Shown piece by piece: positions 20,367-30,681 of a stretch of DNA of 39,721 nt. The translations under genes were made by a program, and so were the position numbers. Origin of the DNA: Trypethelium eluteriae (taxonomy: Eukaryota); NCBI GenBank assembly GCA_051942245.1, contig JAVECL010000174.1, forward strand, positions 1 through 39,721, in the 5' to 3' direction. Below the pieces are notes generated by a model. It was not told the DNA's origin. It ran no database searches and worked only from the letters and a program-made list of their open reading frames with translations. The first letter of the stretch is position 1, and each line of letters begins with the position of its first letter.

Positions 20367-21333
20367 CTTGAGTTGCGGAAGCTTATGAAAGATGGCGACG
20401 GTAATTGAAAAGAGTTTAGACGAAGGGGCTTTTTGGTTCGCAGGAATGATAGACCAGAGACGAGAATTCCTCTACTTTTTATTACAAGTCTCAAAGACTC
20501 GGGGATGTTTGAACTTTGCAGTCGTATAGGTACGCGTATCGCTGACGCTACTACTTATATTCCAGTTAAGAAGGCAGACCTGTCCGTCTGGTAAATTGAA
20601 TGGTCGAGCGGGCACCTTGCTCTGTAAGGCAGCAAGGCTGTAATGATGGGGCATAAGGAAAGGCTTTGATCGTTACAAGGCAGCCAAGGGCGACACCAAG
20701 GTTTCAAGCGAGCCTCAGGATTGACTTTTGCCATGATAAAGACCGAACAAAACTACCACATGACATGCGGTCATCTAACCATGATTATCGCCAAGATAGA
20801 AACTATAATATGAAATAAGAAAAGATACAAGCATGATGAAGAGTACTCTGGTCTCAAAATCTTGGCTAGCAAGAGCGGATCCTATGGGTTGTTACGCACT
20901 TCATGACGAAATGTTTTGCTTGGCCTTCGTGAGCGTCGCAGGCACTTCTGTCGCTGTTGGTCGGCTGCCTGATGCCTATATTACGGCATGAAATGACAGG
21001 CTGAACATTGAGAAAGATCATCTTTCTTCTCACAGGGGGAAAGAAGCTGTGTGAGAGCAAGGCTTGTTATGGCTGAAGTAGAACTGTGAAGATTTAAGAG
21101 CACGAAGGAAGCATAGTACAAGAAGTTCTGTTCTTCGCAGTTGGGAGGTACTATCGTAGAGTGCGAATAGCTCCGCTCGGAAGGCGCGTTTAGAGCAAGG
21201 GTCCTGGAGCGCGCCAGAATCAGAGCTTGTGCCGACAAATTGCGGTAATTTCAACGTGAAAATCGCCTTAGCATGTTACTCCAACATCAGAATTAAAATT
21301 AATGTTTGGAAGGTCTAGCCAGACTTTTGACTA

Positions 21334-23739
21334 TTACATGGCCTGAACAGCAGGCAGAATCTCCTGCGTGGCAACTGGCCACTTGGTAAGCACCGCCGCA
21401 TTTCCCGTCAAAGTAACCTGCTGCACAACACTCTCATCATTGTTCAACGCTAGCTTGTACGTCCCTGGATAGAGCACCGAGTTACCGTTCTCATCCGCCC
21501 TCGCCATAGCGCCGATCGGCACGGAGATGGTCAGCGTGCTGGATTGGCCTGGTGAGATACTGCTCAAACGGTCAAAGCCAACCAACCACTTGTTGGGATA
21601 TGGCGCGGGACCAGCATTGCTGGTGCTGAGGAAGAGCATGGCAGAATAGTCTGATGCGACTTTGCCGGTATTGCTGACTTGAACGGTGAAGTTAACAATT
21701 GGCTGCTGCTCGAGGAATTCGTAATCTGGATGGGGCTGGGAGACAACAGTCGCGATGTCGGCTGAGCTGCCGTTCGAAGCGCCGTAACCGCTCGGTGCGG
21801 CGGTGGTGGAGAAATTGGTGTAGAACAATCCGTCACCGAACGCATACACAGGCTTGCCAGTGTACCAGATGTAGGTCTGTCCGGGATTTCCTGTGCTTGT
21901 GTTTGGTCGAAGGCCGAGATCATTCTGAGGGAATGAGAATGGATAGTCGGCTGGATACTGGGTGGTGACGAGACGTCCAGCAGGCGCCCGCTTGCCCGTA
22001 AGAATATCGAGTATGGCTTGACCTCCAGATTGACCAGGGTAACCACCCCAGACGAGGGAGTTGACATTGGGGTTAGACTTGAGCGAGGAACTGTCAACCT
22101 GACCTCCACCCATCTGTAGGACCACAAGGGGCTTGCCCAATTGACTGAGTTGGCTAATGAGATCCAGTTGGTTTCCTGGCCATGAGACGTTGAAACGATC
22201 TTGTCCTTCAGCTTCGATAGTGTTATCTATGCCTCCAGCGAAAACAATGGCGTCAGAGTTCTTGGCGGCAGAGAGAGCAGCGCTGAAGTTTGCAGTGGAG
22301 TTTGTCGAGATCTCTGTTCCAATCGCGTAATTGACAGTCAGGTTTGACGCCTGCGCAGCAGCAAGAGGACTGATGAGGTAGGGCGCCGTTCCATAATAAT
22401 TGCCTTGTAATTGCGTGGTGGCATTCGCCCATGGCCCAATCAATGCAACACTCTTGACCGACGATGGCAAAGGTAGGGTTCCATCGTTCTTGAGCAAAAC
22501 AATGCCTTCTACGGCTGCTTCGTAAGAGATGTTCAAAGCATCAGTCTTCACGACGTCATCCCAAGATAGTTGTCGGTAAGCGCTGTTATTGCCGTTAAAG
22601 TTGCCAAGGCGGACAAGTTGGCTGTAAAGACGAGTCACAGCCAATTCGATATCATCACGAGAGACCAACCCCTCGATGATAGATTCATTCAAGTAGTATT
22701 GGTAAGATGTACCACAGTCAATATCGGCACCTGCCCGAAGACTGTCGGCCGCAGCAGAGGAAACGTTCGAGGCATACATGTGAGGGTTGAAGACGTTATA
22801 CGCGGCATCACAGTCCGTAGAGACGTAGCCAGAGATTTCATCAAATCCCCAGGAGTCTCGGAGGAGAGTCTGCAGGAAAAAGGAATTGGCACAGCTGGGC
22901 ACACCGTTGACGGCATTGTAAGAGCACATCAAACTTTGTGCCTTGGCATAAGCGACAGCCGCCAGGAATTGAGGGGTGTAATAACCAGCAAGGTCTTGCT
23001 GAGAGATGTAGAGGTCGTTGCCCAACCGTGAAATGTTGTGCCAGTTCTCCAGATCGTACCCAGCAAAGTGCTTGGGCGTTGCAGCAATCTTGAGCTCAGA
23101 GGGATTGACGCCTCCCTGCATTCCAGTAATGTATTCGTATGCGTAGACGGAGGTGAGGAAGAAAGCATCTTCTCCTGGTGTTTCCTGTCCACGACCCCAG
23201 ATCGGACTTCGGAATCCATTGATGTTAGGGGCGTAGGCGTCCAACCCATACCTCCCATCGTTGTTGAATGCACGAGCTTGTGTAGAGATGAGCGAGCCGA
23301 TAGTATTGATCATAGAACGGTTCAATGAAGCCATCGATAGGATAGGCATCGGGAAAGAAGTCGCCCACTCAAAATCGCCAGAGTCTGCGAAATCGGCTCG
23401 GTCCAACCCATGAAGGGCTTCGTTCCAAACTTGATAAGCGGGCAAACCTAGACGAGGGACTCCATACTGCGTATTGCCAGTAATGTTGATCAACTCTTCT
23501 AGAGTCAGGGCAGAGATGAGACCGGCAGCCCGAGCTCTGTAATCGGCCGAGGCGTCGCAAACAATGTTGGTGCTCAACGGGCCACTCTCACAGTCTGGGA
23601 TGGCAAGACGGATCGTATCCACGGTTTGCGGTGTAAGATCAGGTTGCGACTGAGACGAATAATTCGCATAAGTTGTATTCGCCTGCGCCCAAACGGTTGG
23701 CGCAAGAGCACCGGCAACGAACAGGAGTGACCCAAACAT
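21334..23739 (-). CDS. xlnD: Secreted GH3 exo-1,4-beta-xylosidase (XlnD/Bxl1 type), 801 aa
   Basis: The likely start is MFGSLLFVAGALAPTVWAQ at 23739 (the ORF track extends further upstream). Motifs: WNEALHG, WATSFPMPI, GRGQETPGED, KHFAGYD, MCSYNAVNGVPSCA, STDCD (nucleophile), EAEGQDR, and an FnIII-like C-terminus. Confidence 0.95.
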   Translation of the reverse strand: MFGSLLFVAGALAPTVWAQANTTYANYSSQSQPDLTPQTVDTIRLAIPDCESGPLSTNIVCDASADYRARAAGLISALTLEELINITGNTQYGVPRLGLPAYQVWNEALHGLDRADFADSGDFEWATSFPMPILSMASLNRSMINTIGSLISTQARAFNNDGRYGLDAYAPNINGFRSPIWGRGQETPGEDAFFLTSVYAYEYITGMQGGVNPSELKIAATPKHFAGYDLENWHNISRLGNDLYISQQDLAGYYTPQFLAAVAYAKAQSLMCSYNAVNGVPSCANSFFLQTLLRDSWGFDEISGYVSTDCDAAYNVFNPHMYASNVSSAAADSLRAGADIDCGTSYQYYLNESIIEGLVSRDDIELAVTRLYSQLVRLGNFNGNNSAYRQLSWDDVVKTDALNISYEAAVEGIVLLKNDGTLPLPSSVKSVALIGPWANATTQLQGNYYGTAPYLISPLAAAQASNLTVNYAIGTEISTNSTANFSAALSAAKNSDAIVFAGGIDNTIEAEGQDRFNVSWPGNQLDLISQLSQLGKPLVVLQMGGGQVDSSSLKSNPNVNSLVWGGYPGQSGGQAILDILTGKRAPAGRLVTTQYPADYPFSFPQNDLGLRPNTSTGNPGQTYIWYTGKPVYAFGDGLFYTNFSTTAAPSGYGASNGSSADIATVVSQPHPDYEFLEQQPIVNFTVQVSNTGKVASDYSAMLFLSTSNAGPAPYPNKWLVGFDRLSSISPGQSSTLTISVPIGAMARADENGNSVLYPGTYKLALNNDESVVQQVTLTGNAAVLTKWPVATQEILPAVQAM

Positions 23740-23938
23740 GGCTCTAGTAAAGACCTGTGTCGAGGAGCTGATCTCAAGCAAGAAGAGGTTTGGAGTCCTG
23801 GTCAAGAATATATATCCCTGGGTCGTCATCCTGGTCCATGATATGCGGCGATTAAATTTCGAGCCGTCTTCCTGCAGACCCGCCAGGAACGGATCTGAGA
23901 AGTTTTTCCCGGCTGGTTCGCAGCCATGCCCGGTCAAC

Positions 23939-24389
23939 GGCTAAAGCCAAGGATACGAATTTTGGGATTTGGGACGGGAGCGAATAATGGCTTTAGCCGG
24001 CAGGAGAGGCGGAGGAGAATGGGAGGTGCTGGGCTGGTTCGGCAAGAGGAGAGAAGCAGTTCAACAGTGGGTGAGTGAGTACCGGTAGGTGAGTGGGTCT
24101 TGTGCGGGGAAGAAATGGAAGGAGATGAGCAGCGGGGATCAGACATGGGATGCTCGCGTGGCACTTTAGGCAAAATCATCGCGGAACCAGGATGCGGCTC
24201 TACAATCGCTCTACAATCGTTCGCCCTTCCATCTGAGATCTTTCAACGGCCAGTGCGTTCAGGCACCTGGAAGGTTGGACCACGATGCGGTGATGCTTTG
24301 ATGAGTCGATGAGCAATCCAGGCTCGGGTGATGGGCACAGAGAATCATCGAACCCAGCCTCCAATCGTATGGCTGCGTACTCATTAGCC
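23939..24389 (-). promoter_or_regulatory. XlnR/Xyr1 sites (GGCTAA) and CreA sites (SYGGRG) in the beta-xylosidase promoter
   Basis: GGCTAAA at 23939-23945 (+) and 23992-23998 (-); GGCTAA at 24384-24389 (-); GCGGAG at 24009, GCGGGG at 24104 and 24132; TATA-like run near 23808-23815. Confidence 0.65.
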
Positions 24390-25404
24390 GGTCGAATACC
24401 ATTTGCTTACTTCCATGATCGCCTGCCGCAAAGTCCTCCTTTGTCTTCCTCTCGACCGTGACCACATGTAGCCTCTTCCTCCCACGGCTTCCGAAAAACA
24501 GCCAGACAGTCCAATTTCCACATCTCAAGACGTCGGCAGAGGCAAAGCACCTTCAATGATGCAAGTGCGGCAGCGCAGGACCACCAGGATCATAGTCATT
24601 TCCCACGTCATGACGTCTTGTCTCTCCAATAACAATGATCAACGCTAATGCAATTGATCCTGGTAAGATTGATGGCATCTAGAAGACAAGAAATTCTATC
24701 TATTCTTCAAGGCTAGTGCTAGTTGCAGCTCACCACGTTGCGGGTCAATGCAAAAGCAGGTACCGTAGAGCTCGCAATGTGGATGCCCTTGATTTCAAGC
24801 TGCCCCCCTGACAGGGTTCGTCTCTTCAACAGGGAACCCAATGGCAATACCTTCGTACCACGTACGCAAGCATCAGCGACTCTAAGAGCACACTGTTTCC
24901 AGCGGCGGATGCCAATGTAGCTTTACTGTGAACGTTTGGTAAGTAGAAACCGTACATTGATCTATGCGTATTTACTCTACAATTTGTTCAATATCTCTGT
25001 GCGCAGATATCCGGCCTGATTTCGCAAGCCTAGTAAAAGACAAACACCCTGAGTATGCTACTAGCGCAAGAAGATCTCCTGAGACAGAAATGGCTTGGGG
25101 TTCTTGGACGACAAAGCATGTTGACGATGTTTCAGCAGTGCTTTCTTCATGTTTGTACTTTCCAAAGAAGCTGGATGATTATGTTTTTAACAGTTCCTGG
25201 TCTCTTTGTACTCCTTTGTAAGTGGGATGCGGACGTGCATCAGCCACAACGTCAGAATACACTGCTGTTAAGTCTATAAACTATCCAAATTTTGCTCTAA
25301 GGACCTGTTAGCACTTCTGAACATCACATATACTCTTTCAAATACAATAGAGAATCTCTCGCGTTTCCAGCGCAATTTTTCTTACACTCGAAATCTGTAC
25401 CCGA

Positions 25405-26115
25405 GTGGCCAGCTTTGTGTTCTTCCTTCCGCATTATCATCAAAAAAAAAAGTCAAACGTCAATGATTTTGTCCGAATCATCGGCCAAGACCCAGCGCAA
25501 TTCGATGAGGCTCAAGCGCAGTGGCTGAGCGATATCCATTCCGTATACAACCAGACGCTTGCTATCTTCACTGATTCATGGCGGATCGTCCGTCGAATCC
25601 ACATTCCGCTGTGTACTTGCACTGCCTATTTTTTCTGGACTATCTCATGGATGATAGGGACCTTTTCGCAATGCCGCACATCTACCTCTAATGCATGTTG
25701 GTACCTAAAAGAATCCGTGCAAGATCTCATCGAAAAATTATGCAGTACGTGGCGCAACTTTTGGTCCGGACTAGCGAGCTACCTTTTTGGAACATTGCAC
25801 CTCTTCTGTAGAGCACTTACGTTCGACAATATTTTGTATTGGCCAAAGATGGCAGTCTTCTCAATACTAGCCGTCACAGAACATGCAGTTATGAGCTCGT
25901 ATAGGTTCTTATTTCTCCAGCACTATCTTTATCTCGTACTACTGGTTATAGGCGGCACCTCAATTAAGATCTGTGACAGCGTTCTTGCATACTCAACCTC
26001 GAATGCAACAACTTCTGTTGGGGAGATGATTTGTCTCGTCTTGTTCCCCACACTTCTCTTTTACATGGCCCTGAGCTGGCGTCAAGGAGCCTTGAGTAGG
26101 ACACATCATTCCTAG
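25405..26115 (+). CDS. Hypothetical hydrophobic (multi-TM) protein; gene model uncertain
   Basis: A 236-codon open frame with 2-3 hydrophobic segments in the C-terminal half. It has a non-ATG start and no recognised motif. Confidence 0.25.
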   Translation: MASFVFFLPHYHQKKKSNVNDFVRIIGQDPAQFDEAQAQWLSDIHSVYNQTLAIFTDSWRIVRRIHIPLCTCTAYFFWTISWMIGTFSQCRTSTSNACWYLKESVQDLIEKLCSTWRNFWSGLASYLFGTLHLFCRALTFDNILYWPKMAVFSILAVTEHAVMSSYRFLFLQHYLYLVLLVIGGTSIKICDSVLAYSTSNATTSVGEMICLVLFPTLLFYMALSWRQGALSRTHHS

Positions 26116-27529
26116 AAACGGAACAGAGTGCATCCTATGGTTAGGATACTTGAAGATCCCCAAGACAGTGAAGAGGGACATGTTTGTGGTCATAGGACAA
26201 GGAAAATCTCGTGAATCGACCGGAGAAAGGAATCTAGGTCATACCACAAAATGCAACACGGAATGATCATGGGCCCAGAAGCCTCGACGATTCCCGTACA
26301 AGCCTATATCGTGGCTATGGAGATAAGGCTAAATTGTAACGTACCTGAAAAGTTTTCAGCATGTCTCTGGGACGCATGTCTCGCCGCTTGAAAGAAACAG
26401 AAACAGGAAAGGGGGGAAAAGAAGGGAGAGAGATCATGCTTATGTCGACATTTTCAGATGCCTCTCAGCCTGAGCATCATACTTGCTACGCCTCATCAAC
26501 CTCGATCCCTCGTCTTCTTACCTTCTTACCACAATCTTGCCACCGATTCCTCAACTATCAAGCCCCAACCACCTGCCCTGAATCCCGCCGCCACACTCAT
26601 TGTGGCTCTATTCCTATCTTTGAAACGTCGGCTCCCGATTGGGATTTGGATTATGTTGCACGCTGTTTTTAGAACGTCAGCTTCAGAAAGTTAGCTAGCT
26701 TTGGAAGTCTCCGTCAGTCTTGTTGCCTACATGTTTCCCCATTCCTCAAGATAGGCCCATGCGCGTCGCGCCTGTCTTACATGTACGTATGCGTATGTGT
26801 AAACTTCTCCTTTCTGTGTACTCTGCTCGTCAATCATAAAACAGTCCTACCGTACTCCTCCGCAGGAAGTCTTGCGCTGTAACATCGACCCTTGTTCCCT
26901 ATTGTAGATTTGCATCTGGATTCGTGAGCAGATTTAGTAGGCACCCACTCCAAGCAGGTAATCTCACCCCCGAACGCTAGCAGCTGGTACAGTAGTAATA
27001 ATCCAGTTCGCCACCGTTCTTCGGCACGAACAGTTCTCAAACACAGACTTGCAACAAAGTTCCCTTTGTCAGCCTAATGTCAATACTTTATCTCTGTTGA
27101 ATCTTTCAAAGACTTCGATCTGCATGGAGGTCCTTACCAGACAGAAGAAAGGCTTTTGCAAGGGCTTGTCAAGGTGGGAACCACTGAGTTTCGTAGAGCT
27201 CGTACCTATCATTGAGACAGTGGTAGCACTAGGATGAATTGTTTCAACCCGGTATACCGCTCGGTGACGATCGCTTTGTAGAGCGGCTGATGGAATCCGA
27301 CAATGATAATAATAAAGTTATAGGCGGCGAAAATGTGAAAAATATGAATACCGGATTCCATAAGATTTAAATATTTGAGAATCATCGAAAAAAGGGTATT
27401 GTCTACGAAAGGATGCGCATAACGAAAACATGGACTCCTGTGCCACGACTAATTCCCTGGGTGTGAATAGAAGTGAAATTTTTCGTAAACCATTCATCCT
27501 ACGACATGATTTTTTTGATGATAAAGCCA

Positions 27530-28775
27530 TCAGTCCATCGGCGTCCGCGAAATAAACCGCTGCGCATTTTCCGACGAAGCCCTGGGATCCGAATACGACG
27601 GAGCCGGATCAAGATTCACCGCACTCATTGACTCCAGCTCAGTCGGACGTTGCTCTGACGAGAGCTCCACCGGCACCGCCTTCTGTTGTGGGGGGTAAGC
27701 AGCAGCCTCTGAGTAAGCAGTCGGCGGCTGGTGGACACCCGGTGGCGCATACGTCCCACGCCAAGTTGACTTTTCCTGTGGGTCATAATACGGTGCACCT
27801 TGCATCGGTGGCTGTTGTGGGTATTGCATGTGTGGTGGCTGCTGAGAAAGGCGCTGTCGGCGACGCTTCCGGAAATTGAGGAAGGAGATTATGGCGACAG
27901 CAATGAGAACAACGCCGCCTGCTACACCGACGCCGATGCCGGCTTTGGATCCGGTTGTCAGTCCAGATGATGGAATGGGTGTCGGAAGACTCGATGAGGT
28001 CGGGCTGCTAGCTGTGGTGGAAGCAGCAAGGGAATTCGCTTGAACGGACAAGGTGGATACGAGGGTTTCAGATCCAGCAGAGGGTGCAATCAGTACTGGA
28101 GTTGTGGGTACAGTTGTCGCGTATGTCGTGAGAGGCTGGATCGCCGATGGTGTATATCCGTCGACGACTGTCGTGCTACCCGGTGGATAATAGCCAGTGC
28201 TCCCGCCAACCGAGGATGGCAACGAGAGAATATGGTCGATCGTCGAAGGAGCGTAGAGGGCGACTCTTGCATCACTCTTCATATCGCTGCAACCATTTGC
28301 AGTGAGGGTCTCCAAGGATGGGTTCCAAGGTACGCTGGACGGGCAGTACTTTCCGCAGCTTTCAGGTGCATGACAGGCCCAAGTATTGGGTGCAAATGCA
28401 CCACAGTACTCCAATGCCACCCAGTTCGATAACGCTGTCGCATAATCAGGAGACCATTGAGAGAGGGCCAGGGGATAGGGACTACTCACTTGTATTGAAA
28501 TTACACTTCGATGGACAAGACGGGTCCTCATAGCTTTCATCCGTACAACCATATTGGTAAGTATCTTCCGTATTGGGATCCCAACAAGCATTGCCAGAGA
28601 GACAGACAGAACCGAGCAAGCAACATGCGGACTGTCCAGAATCCGAACATGGAATCAGGTCGGAGAATGCACGATTCTCTTTACCCGGTCCGAAATAGCA
28701 TTGATTCTGAGCCGAGACGCAAAGGATGCGAATGAGTAAGAGATATAACCAAACACTCATCGAGCACAGTATCAT
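27530..28775 (-). CDS. Cys-rich / Ser-Thr-rich single-pass membrane protein (Mid2-like architecture); exons 28775-28490, 28434-27530
   Basis: Signal peptide, then QCYFGPG..IPC..SACC..VCLSGNAC..YQYGCTDESYEDPSCPSKC. Intron GTGAGT..CTGAT..CAG (28435-28489). S/T/P stalk, TM AGIGVGVAGGVVLIAVAIISFL, RKRRR, and a P/Q/Y-rich tail with VELS/TELE motifs. Confidence 0.88.
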
Positions 28776-30681
28776 CTTTGCGGCTTTGCTTTGTATGCTC
28801 CTTGCAGACTTTCAGGAGCCCGGACGAGTCTGAAAAGCGGCCAGGCTGGTAGGGTGTGCCGAGGAGTACTGTGGGAGTATGTATGTCAGTTGGTCGCTCC
28901 GCTCGACAGAGTGCAGAGCTCTCGTTTATCTTCGGGGAGGCATAGGGCCGGCACAGCAAACCTTCTCATATCGAACATGTGGAACCACTCTAACTTGGCA
29001 GATCCTATTCGGCAGAGAGAGCAGTTGGAACGTGCGCGTTGGAACCTCCTTGCCAAGTCTGAGGGAGCGATTCAGTCAGGGTTTGAGACCATTCAACCTC
29101 GCGCAGACGGCCCATGCTGTGATTGGATTTTCGCCTGCATCAAGGCACCAAGGGGCGAAGCAAGCCAAAAATGGCGAAAGACGTTTCGAGACCGTCCTAT
29201 TTTTGCATATTTCAAGCAGCCTGCTCTTACTCGACTTGAATAATTTTTCTGAAGTGCAGCACGATCTGACTTCTTATCAACTTCATAGGGAATGAGCTTT
29301 CCGACACCTAGGATAAGCTTATGCCAGCCTGTGAGCACCTTCGTATTGCCTTTGGCAGCGACAAAGCCAGACCTCAGGCAGGCAGGCAGAATTGAGGATA
29401 CTCACTGGAGCCGAGGGAAACGGCTTCTACCTAAAATGACGCCACGGCGTATGTTAGAATCTGCGGAAGACGAAGAACGGCAACAAGGAAAGCGACCATT
29501 TAGCATTCTGACATGCAAGGTATATTGCAGCTTTACGCCCGGAAGCGGAATCCTTTCACAGAGCTCAGCTCCGACACGCCATCCCCAAGGAGCAGAATAG
29601 GCGGCGGGAGCTTCAGGCTCGCGTGGGGATAATCGTACTATTCCGAATTCGCCGTTGAAGTGATAAATCTGATGATCGAAGTATGGAAGGATTGGGGGCG
29701 AAACTGCGAGGGCATTTTGTGATTTCGCTGTTGTGGGGCTTGTGGGGGCGAGGAATTGCTTTTCTCGTCTAGAGTAAACATTGGCAGTGTCCCGTCCAAG
29801 CTCTCCTTGTGACACTGGAATACTGGTCAACATCAAATGATCTCAATTCTATGTCCCTATCAGTCGAGGATATTGTCAGAGATCGTAGCGACTCTTCTCA
29901 GATTCTGAAGGCTGCCTGATGAGTTGAGAGGGAAACAGGGACACAGCTGCTCAATATACACAAGTGATTGGAGGAGGAAGGCAGCTGAAGCTTGAAACTG
30001 CACAGGTGTGCACGGTACTAGACGTACCCCGTGCGACAGTGCCTCCGTCGATCGCCATCGATCATTGCATTGGATGCTTAGGTGGAGTGGCACTGTGCAG
30101 ATACATATCGAGATTGCCTTGCGCCTTCACAGACGTTTCGTTTCCATCCTGCCGGGAGACCAAAAATACTTGTTTTACAGAATTAATGGCTGGAGCACTT
30201 GAAGCCACCTTTGCTGCTGAGTTCAGTACGACACGTGTATCGGAAGAGACTGGCACTCTCGCCATCGAATATTCTAGATCATTATTCGATAAGGTGGGCA
30301 AGAGAAATGCATGTCCTCAATCGTGCTATTCTTGTTCAAAGCTTCTGCAAGGGTGCCTTCAGACAATCTCTCCAGGGCGACCCGCATGTAGGTACACTCC
30401 GCAAAGGCCTCAGAACTTTTGCACCCGCGCGAGGATGTAGCAAGACCAGAAACAAGGCATAAACTTGTCGAGATGCATTCTAACCCGAATCGAGTCGGCT
30501 CTTGAGGAAAAAAGTCTTCCGGGATCGCCGGTCGAAATTTTTGCTAGCTCCTTGCTCCCCCTCACAACTACCAAGATTAGACAGGACATCATGGACTGCA
30601 AAAACTGTCAGACCATATTGCCTTGTCCTGGCATAAACAGGACTCACGAGAGGCCGAGCGAAATACTCCGAAGGGAGTACA

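Noticed and set aside
23740..23937. 66-aa N-terminal extension of the GH3 ORF
   Set aside because: It has a non-ATG start and overlaps the TATA/promoter region. The signal peptide begins at Met 23739.
28791..30680. Several 100-160 aa overlapping ORFs on both strands
   Set aside because: No motifs or coherent exon chain; treated as intergenic/promoter DNA.
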